Source of the DNA: an uncultured Actinomycetes bacterium | Lineage (GTDB): Bacteria > Actinomycetota > Actinomycetes > Nanopelagicales > Nanopelagicaceae | Assembly (NCBI GenBank): GCA_964622225.1 | Contig: CAZUOG010000001.1 | Span: forward strand, 4,830 to 68,829 | Reading direction: 5' to 3' | DNA length: 64,000 bases | Shown here: positions 10,018-21,916 of the stretch, piece after piece | Layout of the letters: the number at the start of each line of letters is the position of its first letter | Numbering within the stretch: position 1 is the first letter of the stretch | Notes under the pieces: model-generated | Told to the model about the DNA's origin: nothing | Databases searched by the model: none | The model's input: only the letters and a program-made list of their open reading frames with translations | Made by a program: the position numbers and the translations under genes

Positions 10018-11619
10018 TTATTGAAGTAATTGTTTCAGTGGTCCACGTAAAGTAGCAAGTTTTTCACTCGCTTCTTCTTCGGTTGCGCTAATAACTTCTA
10101 TATAACACTTTAATTTAGGTTCAGTTCCTGATGGGCGAACAATCACACGAATATCGCCGAGCCAGATGCGAAGACCATCAGTCGGAGGTAGGTCATTGGT
10201 TGGATTAGCTAAATCATCAATAGAAGTAACATCAAAACCGGCAATCTCTTTTGGAGGATTGGTGCGGAATTTGTCTAGAACCGCTCCAACTAATTTGATG
10301 TTCTCAACGCGAATTGAAATCTGTTCGGTCGCGTGAAAACCAATATTCTTCCAAATCTCTTGCAGGCGATCATAAATAGTTTGACCATTTGCCGCTAACT
10401 CTTCGGCAAGTTGGGCAAGTGCTATCGCTGCGCTTACTCCATCTTTATCTGAAACGGTAGCAGCATCAACTGAATATCCGATAGCTTCTTCATATGCGAA
10501 AGCTAAATTTGGAATCTGGGCTAGATATTTAAATCCCGTTAAAGTTTCGCGGAAATTTCTGCCGTACTGTTTGCAAACTTTACTTAGCGCGGAAGAGGAA
10601 ACAATTGAATTTCCATAATTACCGCTATTTGTGCGAGCAATCCAGTCTCCAAGCAAAACGCCAAGCTCATCGCCTTTTAACATGCGCCAACCATGTTTTG
10701 GGTCATTAATTGCTGCGGCGCAACGATCGGCATCTGGATCATTTGCTATAACCAAATCAGCGTTGACTGATTTAGCTTTAGCCAAACTTAGATCAATAGC
10801 GCCAGGCTCTTCGGGATTTGGAAATGCCACGGTTGGAAAATCTGGGTCTGGCTTTACCTGCTCTTCAACCAAGATTGGTGCATTAAATCCGGCCTTTTTG
10901 AATACCGCTTCAACTGTTTCAAGTCCAACGCCATGCATCGCGGTGTAAACAACTTTTAATTTTCCAGGTGTCTTTCCAATTTTTGCAGTTTGGGAGACAT
11001 AATTATTGAAAACTTCATCATTTAACTTATTCCAAGTAGTTCCGCGAGGTTGGCTCTTTAATGAAGTAATTTTGTCGATTTCAGCAGATATCAATTTATC
11101 CGTAGGGGTAATAATTTGAGAACCTTGATATTTAATGCCATCTACATCTGCATTTAAATAAACTTTATAGCCGTTATCCATAGGCGGGTTATGACTTGCA
11201 GTGACCATAATTCCCACATGCGCACCTAAATATTTGACTGCATGCGCCAAAACTGGAGTGGGTAGTGGTCGAGGCAAAACACTAACTTGCAAACCTGCGC
11301 CGCTAAGGATTGCCGCACTCTCTTGAGTGAAATCTTCAGAGCCGTAACGAGCATCGCGACCTATTACTACCGAAGTTAAATTTCGTTGCTTCATATATTG
11401 CGCAATAGCTGCGGCAGTTCTACCGACTACTGCGCGATTCATTCCAGAAGGTCCAGGTGCGATCGGACCTCGTAGCCCTGCAGTTCCGAAGGTTAGAAAA
11501 CCGTTAAATAATTTATCCAATTCAGTTTCATTGTTTGCATCAAGAAGTGCTTGAAGTGCGGCTGCAGTTTTTGGATCTGGATCGTCGGCAATCCAATTTT
11601 CGATTTCGGTTCTATTCAC
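10018..11619 (-). CDS. phospho-sugar mutase (alpha-D-phosphohexomutase family; probable phosphopentomutase role)
   Basis: 533 aa. Active-site TASHNPPMDNGYK. Sits upstream of deoC. Confidence 0.85.
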   Translation of the reverse strand: MNRTEIENWIADDPDPKTAAALQALLDANNETELDKLFNGFLTFGTAGLRGPIAPGPSGMNRAVVGRTAAAIAQYMKQRNLTSVVIGRDARYGSEDFTQESAAILSGAGLQVSVLPRPLPTPVLAHAVKYLGAHVGIMVTASHNPPMDNGYKVYLNADVDGIKYQGSQIITPTDKLISAEIDKITSLKSQPRGTTWNKLNDEVFNNYVSQTAKIGKTPGKLKVVYTAMHGVGLETVEAVFKKAGFNAPILVEEQVKPDPDFPTVAFPNPEEPGAIDLSLAKAKSVNADLVIANDPDADRCAAAINDPKHGWRMLKGDELGVLLGDWIARTNSGNYGNSIVSSSALSKVCKQYGRNFRETLTGFKYLAQIPNLAFAYEEAIGYSVDAATVSDKDGVSAAIALAQLAEELAANGQTIYDRLQEIWKNIGFHATEQISIRVENIKLVGAVLDKFRTNPPKEIAGFDVTSIDDLANPTNDLPPTDGLRIWLGDIRVIVRPSGTEPKLKCYIEVISATEEEASEKLATLRGPLKQLLQ

Positions 11620-11633
11620 GAACCTAATCTAGG

Positions 11634-13349
11634 TTAGTCGACAATTAGGCACAACTTAGTGCCGCTTGCAACCGTCTCACCAATTGCAGCAACTAGATTA
11701 GAAATCTTGCCAGACTTGTGAGCAGTCAATGGCTGTTCCATCTTCATCGCTTCAAGGACAATAATCAAATCGCCCTTTTGAACAACATCGCCTTCATTAA
11801 TCGCAATCTTTACAACTGTTCCTTGCATTGGCGCGAGCAACCCGTCGCCAGTTGCGCCACCTGAAGCACCTTTACGCGCTCTGTGACGTTTGTGAACAGG
11901 TTCAGGTGCATGCACTAATACTTCAAAGCGATGGCCATTAACTTCAGTGATGATGTGTTCTGGTGCTGCGTGTGATTGCACAACAGGTGACCCAGCTTCA
12001 TATTGAGGAATTTCATTTACAAATTCATTTTCAATGTAGCTGGTGTAAACCTTAAAATTCTTGGTGTAGTTATCATCTTCAAGAATAGCTCGATGAAACG
12101 GCAACGCTGTAGCTAGGCCTTCGATTTTGAATTCTGCAAGTGCTCGTTTCGAACGTTGTATAGCTTCTTCGCGAGTACTTCCAGTAACAATCAATTTAGC
12201 TAGCAATGAATCGAAATTACCGCCAATCGAATCATCTTTTCGGAATCCCGCATCTACACGGACGCCAGGGCCAGCAGGTAATTGCCATTCGGTAATTTGA
12301 CCTGGAGCTGGAAGGAATCCACGGCCAGGATCTTCGCCATTAATACGGAATTCAATGGAATGTCCGCGAATTTCAGGGTCAGCAAAGCCAAGTGTTTCAC
12401 CTTCTGCAATTCTGAATTGTTGGCGAACTAAATCGATACCAGTTACTTCTTCAGAAACCGGGTGTTCAACTTGTAAACGAGTATTTACTTCAAGGAAAGA
12501 AATGGTTCCATCTAGTCCAACTAAGAATTCACATGTGCCGGCACCTATGTAACCGGCTTCTTTCATAATTGCTTTACTTGCTCGGTAGAGCTCTTCATTC
12601 TGTTCTTTTGTTAAGAAAGGTGCAGGAGCTTCTTCAACTAATTTTTGATGGCGACGTTGCAATGAGCAATCACGAGTTGAAACTACAACGGCATTTCCGC
12701 TTTTATCCACTAAAACTTGTGTTTCTACGTGGCGTGGCTTATCTAAGTAACGCTCGACGAAACATTCACCGCGACCAAATCCAGCGATCGCTTCACGAAC
12801 TGCCGATGCGTACAACTCAGGAATTTCTTCAATTGTTCGTGCAACTTTTAATCCGCGGCCACCTCCTCCATGCGCAGCTTTAATTGCAACGGGGAGACCG
12901 TGTTCTTTTGCAAATGCCACAACTTCCTCGTGAGTTGCAACCGGATCTTTAGTTCCTGCAACAAGTGGTGCGCCTGCAGCCGAAGCAATTTTGCGAGCCG
13001 AAACTTTATCTCCGAGTGCGCGAATTGCTGCAGGAGGTGGACCGATCCAAATTAAACCTGCGTTAATAACTGCTTCTGCGAAATCTGCATTTTCAGATAA
13101 GAAGCCATAACCAGGATGAACTGCATCGGCACCAGATTCTTTAGCTGCATCAATTAATTTTTCAATATTTAAATAAGTCTGTGCTGCGGTGATGCCTTTT
13201 AGCGAATATGCGGTATCTGCCATCGAAGCATGAATTGAATTGCGATCTTCATCGGAGTAAACAGCTACGGATTCAATGCCGTGATCTCGACAAGCACGAA
13301 TTACTCGAACTGCAATTTCGCCACGGTTAGCAATTAGAACGCGCTTCAT
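11634..13349 (-). CDS. accA: acetyl/propionyl-CoA carboxylase alpha subunit (biotin carboxylase + BCCP)
   Basis: 571 aa. ATP-grasp biotin carboxylase N-terminus. Biotinyl-lysine motif EAMKME near the C-terminus. Confidence 0.9.
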   Translation of the reverse strand: MKRVLIANRGEIAVRVIRACRDHGIESVAVYSDEDRNSIHASMADTAYSLKGITAAQTYLNIEKLIDAAKESGADAVHPGYGFLSENADFAEAVINAGLIWIGPPPAAIRALGDKVSARKIASAAGAPLVAGTKDPVATHEEVVAFAKEHGLPVAIKAAHGGGGRGLKVARTIEEIPELYASAVREAIAGFGRGECFVERYLDKPRHVETQVLVDKSGNAVVVSTRDCSLQRRHQKLVEEAPAPFLTKEQNEELYRASKAIMKEAGYIGAGTCEFLVGLDGTISFLEVNTRLQVEHPVSEEVTGIDLVRQQFRIAEGETLGFADPEIRGHSIEFRINGEDPGRGFLPAPGQITEWQLPAGPGVRVDAGFRKDDSIGGNFDSLLAKLIVTGSTREEAIQRSKRALAEFKIEGLATALPFHRAILEDDNYTKNFKVYTSYIENEFVNEIPQYEAGSPVVQSHAAPEHIITEVNGHRFEVLVHAPEPVHKRHRARKGASGGATGDGLLAPMQGTVVKIAINEGDVVQKGDLIIVLEAMKMEQPLTAHKSGKISNLVAAIGETVASGTKLCLIVD

Positions 13350-13951
13350 TTTGCTCCAATTCGTTTAGCTTCCGGCCAGGAATAGCCTAAGTGTTCCAAA
13401 GTTCTTCGCAAATAGGCCATAGATAGTCCGACCACATTTGTGTAATCACCATTAATGGCGCTAATAAATGGTGAACTGAAACCATCCAAAGTAAAGCCGC
13501 CGGCAACCTTTAATGGCTCACCAGTAGCTACGTAATCTTTGATTAGTTCTTCATCTAAAGTATCGAAGGTGACAGTTGTAGTCACGCGATCTGCCAATTC
13601 TCGGCCTTGTTTGGTATCGATTACGCAATGACCAGTGTGTAATAAACCAGTTTTGCCACTTATACGTTTTGCTCGTTCAATTGCAATTTCTGGCGTCGCT
13701 GGCTTGCCAAAAGATTTGCCTTCGAACTCAAATGTTGAATCACATGCCACGATAATTGCATCCCCATCAACGATTTCACGTACCGTGTGAGCTTTAGTAA
13801 TTGCCAAAGCAATAACCATGTCGGCAGGAGACATTGAGTTAAAGTGATCAGTTTCTTCGTCAACATGACTCACAATAATTTCAGGATGCAAACCAGCACC
13901 TTCGAGTAAACGCTTACGTGAAGGGGATTGTGAAGCAAGAATTAAGCGCAT
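13346..13951 (-). CDS. maf: Maf-like nucleoside triphosphate pyrophosphatase
   Basis: 201 aa, [11 protein letters not shown]-terminus. Its position between accE and accA matches mycobacterial gene order as I recall it. Confidence 0.85.
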   Translation of the reverse strand: MRLILASQSPSRKRLLEGAGLHPEIIVSHVDEETDHFNSMSPADMVIALAITKAHTVREIVDGDAIIVACDSTFEFEGKSFGKPATPEIAIERAKRISGKTGLLHTGHCVIDTKQGRELADRVTTTVTFDTLDEELIKDYVATGEPLKVAGGFTLDGFSSPFISAINGDYTNVVGLSMAYLRRTLEHLGYSWPEAKRIGAK

Positions 13952-14139
13952 TAGATATTTCTGCCCGCTCCAAATTTAATCGCTTGCGGCATTGGCGCCC
14001 TCATAATTGGCTGCGCCCAAGTGCTTCGCTTAACTACTGGATCTTTTTCCACTCTTTTATGTTGCGAAAGTACTTGCGTGATAATTGCTAATTCTTCGTT
14101 TGAAGGCTTACCGCTAACAATCGTAAATCGAACTGTCAT
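13951..14139 (-). CDS. acyl-CoA carboxylase epsilon subunit-like small protein
   Basis: 62 aa, coupled to the carboxyltransferase gene stop. The position is typical of AccE. Confidence 0.6.
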   Translation of the reverse strand: MTVRFTIVSGKPSNEELAIITQVLSQHKRVEKDPVVKRSTWAQPIMRAPMPQAIKFGAGRNI

Positions 14140-15707
14140 AGTGGGATATTTCCGTGCTTTCGCGGAGGCAATGAATCTCTCTTAGTTTTTAATGTGCGAA
14201 GTACCTTAGTGATGTATTCACGTGATTGATTTGGTTCAATAACCGCATCCACAATTCCGCGTTCCGCGGCGTTGTAAGGATTTGCAAGTGATTCGTTGTA
14301 TTCAGCTATAAGTTGAGCGCGAAGTGCTTCTGGATCTTTAGCTTCTGCAATTTCTTTGCGGTAGAGAATATTTACCGCACCTTGTCCACCCATTACCGCG
14401 ATTTCTGCAGTTGGCCAAGCGAAAACTACATCGCCACCAATCTGCTTTGAGCCCATAACAATGTATGCACCGCCATATGCTTTGCGGGTAACAAGAGTTA
14501 CCAATGGCACTGTGGCTTCGGCATATGCATAAAGCAATTTTGCACCTCTGCGGATGATTCCATCCCATTCTTGTTCGGTCCCAGGTAAGAAGCCAGGAAC
14601 ATCAACTAAAGTAATGATTGGAATATTGAATGCATCGCAGAAGCGAAGGAATCTCGCTGCTTTTTCCGAAGAATCGATATCTAGAGTTCCTGCAAGTTGC
14701 TGTGGTTGATTAGCAATAATTCCAACAGTTTCGCCTTCGATGCGACCATAACCAACGATGATGTTAGGTGCAAAGTTTGCGTGAACTTCTAGGAATTCAC
14801 CTTCATCAAGAAGTGCATGAATTACAGTTTTCATGTCGTATGGCTGATTTGGTGAATCAGGAATCAAGGTATCTAATGCCGTATCAGTTGCCTTGCGTGC
14901 AAGTGTTTCAGTTGCAGGCAAATGTGGGGCACCATCCATGTTGTTACTTGGCAAATAAGAGAGCAACGCTTTTACATAATCGATTGCATCTTCTTCAGAA
15001 TCTGCGAGGTAATGAGCATTACCGGTTTTTGAAGCATGGGTATGCGCTCCGCCAAGTTCTTCCATTCCAACTTCTTCACCAGTTACTGTCTTAATTACAT
15101 CTGGTCCCGTGATGAACATGTAAGACTTCTCATTAACCATCACTGTGAAATCAGTAAGAGCAGGTGAATAAGCAGCACCACCAGCGCATGGACCAAGAAT
15201 TAAAGAAATCTGAGGAATCACACCAGAAGATCTAGTATTCAAACGGAAAATATGTCCGTACCCACCAAGAGCTTGCACTCCTTCTTGAATACGCGCTCCG
15301 CCAGAATCATTGATTCCGATCAGTGGAACGCCATTCTTTAATGCGAACTCCATAATCTTTTTGATCTTCTCCGCCATAACTTCGCCAAGTGAACCGCCGA
15401 AAATTGTGAAATCTTGTGAATAAACCGCGACGCTTCGACCATCTATAGTGCCAAATCCAATTACAACACCATCGCCGTATGGACGATTCTTTTCCATTCC
15501 AAATGAATATGAACGATGACGAGCGAACTCATCCATTTCTTGGAAAGAACCTTCATCAAGTAGGAGCGCAATACGTTCGCGGGCAGTTAACTTTCCCTTG
15601 GCATGCTGTTTGGTAATCGCGGTCTCGCCAGCTGCATGAACAGCTTCATCGAGTCTAGCGCGTAAATCCTCAATCTTGCCTGCCGTAGTTTTCAGATCCT
15701 TGCTCAT
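14136..15707 (-). CDS. pccB: acyl-CoA carboxylase beta subunit (carboxyltransferase)
   Basis: 523 aa. Duplicated crotonase-like carboxyltransferase fold, as in PccB/AccD5. Confidence 0.9.
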   Translation of the reverse strand: MSKDLKTTAGKIEDLRARLDEAVHAAGETAITKQHAKGKLTARERIALLLDEGSFQEMDEFARHRSYSFGMEKNRPYGDGVVIGFGTIDGRSVAVYSQDFTIFGGSLGEVMAEKIKKIMEFALKNGVPLIGINDSGGARIQEGVQALGGYGHIFRLNTRSSGVIPQISLILGPCAGGAAYSPALTDFTVMVNEKSYMFITGPDVIKTVTGEEVGMEELGGAHTHASKTGNAHYLADSEEDAIDYVKALLSYLPSNNMDGAPHLPATETLARKATDTALDTLIPDSPNQPYDMKTVIHALLDEGEFLEVHANFAPNIIVGYGRIEGETVGIIANQPQQLAGTLDIDSSEKAARFLRFCDAFNIPIITLVDVPGFLPGTEQEWDGIIRRGAKLLYAYAEATVPLVTLVTRKAYGGAYIVMGSKQIGGDVVFAWPTAEIAVMGGQGAVNILYRKEIAEAKDPEALRAQLIAEYNESLANPYNAAERGIVDAVIEPNQSREYITKVLRTLKTKRDSLPPRKHGNIPL

Positions 15708-15725
15708 GGGCTTACCGTACCTGCT

Positions 15726-16439
15726 GTGGGTATCGAAGGTCTAAAGGTCGACGCAATTAATTCAAAAGTTGCGCAGTACTGGTCAGTAAGCGTGATGGAA
15801 GAAACTTCTTCCACCCAATTTGAATTGGCAAATAATTTTCTGCCCGGAAAAGTTTTAGTAGCGGAATATCAAAGCGCAGGTCGCGGAAGACTAGATCGCA
15901 AATTCGAAGTTCCTCCTAGAAAAGGATTAACTTTTTCATTTGCATTAAATGCTGAAAAAGATTTTGGTTGGATTCCATTGATAACTGGATTAGCTGTTTC
16001 CAAAGCAATAAATAATTATGTCGGAGAGAATATTGTTGAAATCAAATGGCCAAATGATTTATTAGTTAACGGGAAAAAATTAGCGGGTATATTGAGCGAA
16101 AAAGTTAAATCAGGTGCAGTTGTTGGCGTTGGCATCAATATTTTTCAGGAACAAAATGAACTTCCAATTGAAAATGCTTTATCGCTTAGTATGGTTACAA
16201 AGGTAGATAGAACACATTTACTTGTCGCAATTCTAAACGAATTGGGAAATGCGCTTACTAATATTGAAAACTTTAAGAATGAATACCGCGAAAAATGTGC
16301 AACTATTGGAAAGACCGTTCAAGTAACCTTGCCAAACGGTGAAATTATTGAAGATGTAGCGGTTGGAATCTCAGAAACTGGTTCTTTGTTGCTGAATTCT
16401 CGTGAAATTAGCGTCGGGGATATAGTCCATTTACGTTAG
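15726..16439 (+). CDS. birA: biotin--[acetyl-CoA-carboxylase] ligase (no N-terminal HTH)
   Basis: GRGRLDRKF biotin-binding loop. Divergent from the carboxylase operon. Start (GTG) uncertain. Confidence 0.85.
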   Translation: MGIEGLKVDAINSKVAQYWSVSVMEETSSTQFELANNFLPGKVLVAEYQSAGRGRLDRKFEVPPRKGLTFSFALNAEKDFGWIPLITGLAVSKAINNYVGENIVEIKWPNDLLVNGKKLAGILSEKVKSGAVVGVGINIFQEQNELPIENALSLSMVTKVDRTHLLVAILNELGNALTNIENFKNEYREKCATIGKTVQVTLPNGEIIEDVAVGISETGSLLLNSREISVGDIVHLR

Positions 16440-16446
16440 GTAAGAT

Positions 16447-17559
16447 GTGGTCGTGAAGTCATTCCCGAGAGTCGGAATCATTGGATCTGGTCAATTAGCG
16501 CAAATGACTTTAGCGCCAGCTGCTGCGCTTGGAATTGATTTAATTACTTTGGCAAACTCTTCAGAGGATTCTGCCGCCCAAAGCTCCCCGCATATTGTTG
16601 GAGATTTTCGAAATCTTGAAGATGTTCGTAATTTTGTAAGAGGTTGCGATGTCGTAACTTTCGAACATGAATTGATTCCACTCTCAATAATTAAGACTTT
16701 AGAGAGTGAAGGGGTTAAGTTCTTACCTTCATCGAGCGCTTTTCAATACTCTCAAGATAAAGCGGTAATGCGGGAAAAGTTGGCGCATTTACCTAATCCT
16801 AAATGGCAAGTAATAACCGAGGCACCTGATTGGAATTATCCAGCCATTGCAAAATCCATCTCTGGCGGATATGACGGCCGAGGCATATGGAAAGTGAATA
16901 ACAAAGAGGAATTAAAAGATTTGTTAAAAGAAGTTCCAAAATTGTTACTAGAAGAACTCATAGCTTTTGACTTTGAAATCGCAGTTATGGTCGCCCGCTC
17001 TCCGCACGGACAAGCTGCAACTTGGGCACCTACAAGAACAGTTCAAAAAGATGGTATTTGTATTGAAACAGTAACTCCAGTTCCAGAATTTAATGAAGCA
17101 AAAGCTTTGGCTGCACAAAACCTGGCACTTCAAATAGCGGATGAAATTAAATTAGTTGGAGTGATGGCAGTTGAAATGTTTGTTAAGGGCGATGAGTTGT
17201 TTATCAATGAATTAGCTCTACGCCCTCATAACTCGGGTCATTGGACAATTGAAGGATCCATTACAAGCCAATTCGAACAACATTTGCGTGCGGTTTTAGA
17301 TTTACCTTTAGGCGATACTTCAATGACCGCAGAATGGGCGGTCATGGGAAATGTTTTAGGTGGAGAAAAGAGCGATATGTATCGACCATATTTACATTTG
17401 ATGGCTCGAACACCTGCGCTCAAATTTCACCAATATCGTAAAGAGGTACGCCCTGGAAGAAAGATTGGCCACGTAACTATTACCGGAAATAACCTCGTAG
17501 AATTGCGCCAAGAAGTTGATCATGCACTTTTGTATATGAGCGGAGAAATTGATGAGTGA
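16447..17559 (+). CDS. purK: N5-carboxyaminoimidazole ribonucleotide synthase
   Basis: 370-aa ATP-grasp protein immediately upstream of and overlapping purE. Confidence 0.9.
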   Translation: MVVKSFPRVGIIGSGQLAQMTLAPAAALGIDLITLANSSEDSAAQSSPHIVGDFRNLEDVRNFVRGCDVVTFEHELIPLSIIKTLESEGVKFLPSSSAFQYSQDKAVMREKLAHLPNPKWQVITEAPDWNYPAIAKSISGGYDGRGIWKVNNKEELKDLLKEVPKLLLEELIAFDFEIAVMVARSPHGQAATWAPTRTVQKDGICIETVTPVPEFNEAKALAAQNLALQIADEIKLVGVMAVEMFVKGDELFINELALRPHNSGHWTIEGSITSQFEQHLRAVLDLPLGDTSMTAEWAVMGNVLGGEKSDMYRPYLHLMARTPALKFHQYRKEVRPGRKIGHVTITGNNLVELRQEVDHALLYMSGEIDE

Positions 17560-18058
17560 TGTAGCAATCATCATGGGTTCAGATTCCGATTGGCCAATCA
17601 TGGAAGCTGCCGCAAATGTTTTGGATGATTTCGGAATTTCATATACGGCCGAAGTGGTTTCAGCTCATCGCATGCCAGATGAGATGGCAGAGTTCGCTAA
17701 ATCTGCCACCAAGAATGGCTACAAAGTTATTATCGCGGGAGCAGGCGGTGCTGCACATTTACCAGGAATGGTCGCATCTCTCACCGTGCTTCCGGTGATT
17801 GGTGTTCCAGTTGCACTGGCAAATTTAGAAGGCATGGACTCACTTCTTTCGATCGTTCAAATGCCTGCAGGTATTCCAGTTGCAACAGTGGGTATCGGTA
17901 ATGCAAAGAACGCCGGAATACTCGCTGCACGTATATTGGCTACCTCAGATAGCGCACTCCAATCTAAAGTTGAAAGTGCTATGCAGAAATTAAATGCAGA
18001 AGCGAAAGCAAAAGGTGCATCTTTAAAAGCTAAGCGCTCACAGAAGACTGGTTTTTAG
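17549..18058 (+). CDS. purE: N5-carboxyaminoimidazole ribonucleotide mutase
   Basis: IIMGSDSD and GGAAHLPGM motifs. Confidence 0.92.
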   Translation: MMSDVAIIMGSDSDWPIMEAAANVLDDFGISYTAEVVSAHRMPDEMAEFAKSATKNGYKVIIAGAGGAAHLPGMVASLTVLPVIGVPVALANLEGMDSLLSIVQMPAGIPVATVGIGNAKNAGILAARILATSDSALQSKVESAMQKLNAEAKAKGASLKAKRSQKTGF

Positions 18059-18453
18059 CGCTTCTTATATTCAATCGCTGGACAACGGTCCATGATTGCA
18101 ATTAAACCTGCAGCTTCAGCTCTTGCAACTGCTTTTTCATCAATCACATCTAGTTGCAACCAGACGGCTTTTGCGCCTATTTCAATAGCTTCATCTACGA
18201 CTTTTCCAACTAGTTTGGAATTTATAAAGCAATCAACTACATCAATTTGAAATGGAATCTCTGAGAGAGATTTGTAGCCCTGTTCACCATGTACTTCTTC
18301 AGCTCTTGGATAAACTGGAACAATTTTGTGTCCCTTATCTTGGAGAAGTTTTGCAACTCCAAATGCAGCGCGTTCTGGATTGTTTCCTAAGCCAACAATT
18401 GCCCAGGTCTTCATTGCTAAGACTTGATCAATTGAATTATCGTCGAAACTCAT
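18055..18453 (-). CDS. CoA-binding domain protein
   Basis: [13 protein letters not shown] Rossmann-like motif. I prefer the ATG at 18453, which forms an ATGA overlap with the ugd stop, over the listed upstream start at 18495. Confidence 0.75.
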   Translation of the reverse strand: MSFDDNSIDQVLAMKTWAIVGLGNNPERAAFGVAKLLQDKGHKIVPVYPRAEEVHGEQGYKSLSEIPFQIDVVDCFINSKLVGKVVDEAIEIGAKAVWLQLDVIDEKAVARAEAAGLIAIMDRCPAIEYKKR

Positions 18454-19742
18454 GCACGACCTAACGCGTGAAAATCCCAACCGGCTGCTCGCCATTTATC
18501 GCGATCTAGCATGTTGCGTCCATCAAGAATTTTCGCCTGCTTTACAAGCGGCTTGATTGATGCAGGATCTAATTCTCGATACTCCTTCCATTCAGTTAGA
18601 TGAAGGATTAAGTCGGCTCCAGCAATGCAATCTTCGATCTTTTCTGCGAAATTAAGCGAAGGGAAACGCTTGCGAGCCGGCTCAATACCTTTTGGATCAT
18701 GGATTACTACTTGCGCGCCAGCTGCATGTATTTGTGCTGCAATATCTAAAGCAGGGGAGTCGCGCACATCATCGGAATCTGGTTTAAATGTTGCGCCAAG
18801 AACTGCGATTTTAAATGACTTGAGATCTAGTCCAAGTTCTTTTTCGACCACATTTATTACGCGCTTACGTGCACGTAAATTAATTGCATCAATATCTTTT
18901 AGGAATTCAACGGCTTGAGATGCTCCGAGTTCTTCGGCGCGTGCCATAAATGCGCGGATGTCTTTAGGTAAACAACCGCCACCGAAACCAATTCCAGCTT
19001 GCAAGAATCGATTTCCAATTCTTGGGTCATATCCGATTGCTTTAGCTAGAACAGTTACATCTCCACCAGCAGTTTCGCAGATTTCAGCCATAGCATTGAT
19101 AAATGAAATTTTGGTTGCAAGAAATGAATTAGCAGAAACTTTAACAAGCTCTGCAGTTGGAAGATTTGCGCGAACCCAAGGAGTTCCTTCTTTCAAATTA
19201 ACTGCGTAAGCTTCTTTTAGAATTTCTTCAGCGCGATCAGAAGTAACACCAACTACTAAACGATTTGGTCGCAAGGTATCTTCGACGGCAAATCCTTCAC
19301 GCAGGAATTCTGGATTCCAAGCAAGTTCGGTATGTGCTGGTAAGGTTTCCGCTAATGCTTGTGCAGTTCCGACTGGAACTGTGGATTTACCAACCAATAA
19401 GGAACCTGGTTTTGCTACTGCAGCAACTGCAGCGAATGCGCTCTTTACATAACTTAAGTCAGCGGCTAAGCCATCTTTCATTTGCGGTGTTCCGACACAG
19501 ATGAAATGCACATCGCAATCAGTAATCTCTGAATAATCAGTAGTGAACTTTAATTTGCCACCTTGAACATGTTTAGAAAGAAGTTCTGGCAGCACTGGCT
19601 CATAAAATGGAAGTTCGCCTCGAGAGAGAGCTTCAATCTTTGAAGCATCGTTGTCTACGCCCACTACATCAAGACCCATCTCTGCCATGCAAGCTGCATG
19701 GGTTGCGCCTAGATATCCAGTACCAATTACCGAGATTTTCAT
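18450..19742 (-). CDS. ugd: UDP-glucose 6-dehydrogenase family protein
   Basis: N-terminal GTGYLGATHA Rossmann motif. Catalytic Cys in GGGCLPKD. Confidence 0.88.
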   Translation of the reverse strand: MKISVIGTGYLGATHAACMAEMGLDVVGVDNDASKIEALSRGELPFYEPVLPELLSKHVQGGKLKFTTDYSEITDCDVHFICVGTPQMKDGLAADLSYVKSAFAAVAAVAKPGSLLVGKSTVPVGTAQALAETLPAHTELAWNPEFLREGFAVEDTLRPNRLVVGVTSDRAEEILKEAYAVNLKEGTPWVRANLPTAELVKVSANSFLATKISFINAMAEICETAGGDVTVLAKAIGYDPRIGNRFLQAGIGFGGGCLPKDIRAFMARAEELGASQAVEFLKDIDAINLRARKRVINVVEKELGLDLKSFKIAVLGATFKPDSDDVRDSPALDIAAQIHAAGAQVVIHDPKGIEPARKRFPSLNFAEKIEDCIAGADLILHLTEWKEYRELDPASIKPLVKQAKILDGRNMLDRDKWRAAGWDFHALGRA

Positions 19743-19787
19743 ATTGGGAATTCTAATAGGTATGGTACTTAAAGCTGCGAAAGGTCA

Positions 19788-20900
19788 TTATTTAACAGTT
19801 CCACAAGGGTTTTCGCTGGCTGTAGTTGTTTTAAATTTATCCACTACAGAAGGAGATGGAGACGCGCTCTTGATTGAATTGGCAGAAGGTTTAACTACAT
19901 CCACAACCGCTGTGTCGGTGCGAAGGCGATCGAATAATTCAGGGGCAAGTTTTTCATCCCAAATCACCACAGAACCTAAGCCGGAAACAAAGCCATTTGG
20001 ATTGCCAAGCGGAATTGTTAATGTGCGCATTTTTCCTGGAGTTAAATTCTTGATCTGCTTAGCTAAATTGACAATGTCTCCCTGGCTAAGAGTTTCATCC
20101 GTCTTGACTGTCTTAAATACAGCAGAAATTAAATCTTTAACTTTGAATGGATTTATTAGCACTCCTGTGCTGGTAGCTTTTCGGAAAATGGCTCCAATAA
20201 ATTGTTGCTGACGTTGCATACGTCCAATGTCTCCAAGACCATCAAAGTCACGTGTACGAACATACTTAAGCGCTTCAATTCCATTCAATGTGTGCACGCC
20301 TGCAGGTAGAACTAAGTGGCTACCTGGATCATTGATATCTCGTTTGGTGCAAACCTGAATTCCGCCTAAAGCATCAACAACATTTTTAAATCCTACGAAA
20401 TTAACTTCAACGTAGTGATCAATTCTTAGATTAGTTTTTGCTTCCAAAGTTTGAATTAGTAATGGTGCGCCGCCCCAAGCGAAAGCAGCATTTATTTTTG
20501 CTTGCATTTCAGGAACCTGAGTTTTTCCATCTAAAGCAGTGTGAGCAGGAATAGTTACCAAGCTATCTCGAGGAATGGAAATGACTACTGCGTTATCGCG
20601 AGATTTGCTAATGTGTACGAGCATCATGGTGTCAGATCGAGCACCTGCTGCAGATTTGGTAGTGCCTACTCGAAGCTGCTTAATCTCTTCAGCAGTAAGG
20701 CCTTCACGAGAATCAGAGCCAACCACTAAGTAATTAACGGCGCTCGAAGCTTTCTCTGGACGATTAATCAGGTTATTGAAAACGCTGACACGATCAATAG
20801 CCCCTGTTACCCGGCTTAAACCAACCCAAGCAATAGATGACAACAGGACAATTCCGATGGATGTCCATGTCAGATACTTAATTGCTTTAGGTGATTTCAC
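19788..20900 (-). CDS. LytR-CpsA-Psr (LCP) family glycopolymer transferase
   Basis: N-terminal TM anchor, then an LCP core (NYLVVGSDSR..., MMLVHI...). Confidence 0.85.
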   Translation of the reverse strand: MKSPKAIKYLTWTSIGIVLLSSIAWVGLSRVTGAIDRVSVFNNLINRPEKASSAVNYLVVGSDSREGLTAEEIKQLRVGTTKSAAGARSDTMMLVHISKSRDNAVVISIPRDSLVTIPAHTALDGKTQVPEMQAKINAAFAWGGAPLLIQTLEAKTNLRIDHYVEVNFVGFKNVVDALGGIQVCTKRDINDPGSHLVLPAGVHTLNGIEALKYVRTRDFDGLGDIGRMQRQQQFIGAIFRKATSTGVLINPFKVKDLISAVFKTVKTDETLSQGDIVNLAKQIKNLTPGKMRTLTIPLGNPNGFVSGLGSVVIWDEKLAPELFDRLRTDTAVVDVVKPSANSIKSASPSPSVVDKFKTTTASENPCGTVK

Positions 20901-20947
20901 GGCGAAATCCTACAAGAGTGACCCCGAAGCGATAGCGTTTCCCAGTT

Positions 20948-21916
20948 ATGGTTGAAGTGAATTCCAGCGCAGTTTCAGTAATTCTCCCAGTATTGAACGA
21001 AGAAGATTACTTAGCTCATGCAGTTACTGCGATTCTTGAACAAAACTTTAAAGGTACATTAGAAGTGGTACTTGCTATAGGCCCATCAAAAGATCGCACA
21101 TCAGAAATTGCAAAATCTTTAGCGGCTCATGATTCACGAGTAAAAATTGTTGATAATCCAACTGGTAGAACTGCAGCTGGATTAAACCTGGCAATACAGA
21201 ATTCAAGTTACCCAATTATTGTTCGAGTTGATGGACACGCGAATATTCCAAGCGATTACATTTCAATTGCAGTTGCGCAACTTCAAAGAACAGGTGCGGT
21301 TAATGTCGGAGGCATTATGGCTGCCGAAGGCGAAACTCCTTTTGAAAATGCAGTTGCTCGCGCTATGCGTAGTCCGCTTGGAGTTGGTGCCGCAAAGTTT
21401 CATACAGGTGGCAGCGAAGGCGAAACCGATACCGTTTATTTAGGGGTGTTCAAAAGAGAAGCGCTCGAAGCAATTGGCGGTTTCGATGAACATTTTACTC
21501 GCGCTCAAGATTGGGAGTTAAATTACAGACTTCGGAAAAATGGCGGCAAGATTTATTTTGATCCGCGATTGACTGTTACATATAGACCACGTAGATCATT
21601 AGTTGCACTTTCAAAACAATATTTCGAATACGGCCGTTGGCGCCGAGTGGTTGCTCGAACTCATAAAGGAACCATTAACGCCAGATACTTAGCACCACCA
21701 TTTACTTTCGTTGGGACAATATCTTCATTGCTACTCGGTTGGCTTCATCCACTACTCTTTATTCCAGCTGCGGTTTATGGATCTTTTTTGATTTTGGCTT
21801 CATTGGTCATTGGTAAATCAATGAAAGAGCGGTTATATCTTCCAGCGATTTTGTTCACGATGCATATGAGCTGGGGGATAGGCTTTATTACGTCTACACG
21901 ACGTTTTGTCAGGTAA
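20948..21916 (+). CDS. glycosyltransferase family 2 with C-terminal TM segments
   Basis: VSVILPVLNEE N-terminus, DGH/QDWE motifs, hydrophobic C-terminus. Confidence 0.8.
   Translation: MVEVNSSAVSVILPVLNEEDYLAHAVTAILEQNFKGTLEVVLAIGPSKDRTSEIAKSLAAHDSRVKIVDNPTGRTAAGLNLAIQNSSYPIIVRVDGHANIPSDYISIAVAQLQRTGAVNVGGIMAAEGETPFENAVARAMRSPLGVGAAKFHTGGSEGETDTVYLGVFKREALEAIGGFDEHFTRAQDWELNYRLRKNGGKIYFDPRLTVTYRPRRSLVALSKQYFEYGRWRRVVARTHKGTINARYLAPPFTFVGTISSLLLGWLHPLLFIPAAVYGSFLILASLVIGKSMKERLYLPAILFTMHMSWGIGFITSTRRFVR

Noticed and set aside
15708-15725. An 18-nt divergent spacer between pccB and birA suggested a mis-called birA start
   Set aside because: The N-terminal residues before the SSTQ motif align plausibly with the corresponding region of group I BirA proteins, so the long start was kept, with lower certainty on the exact codon.
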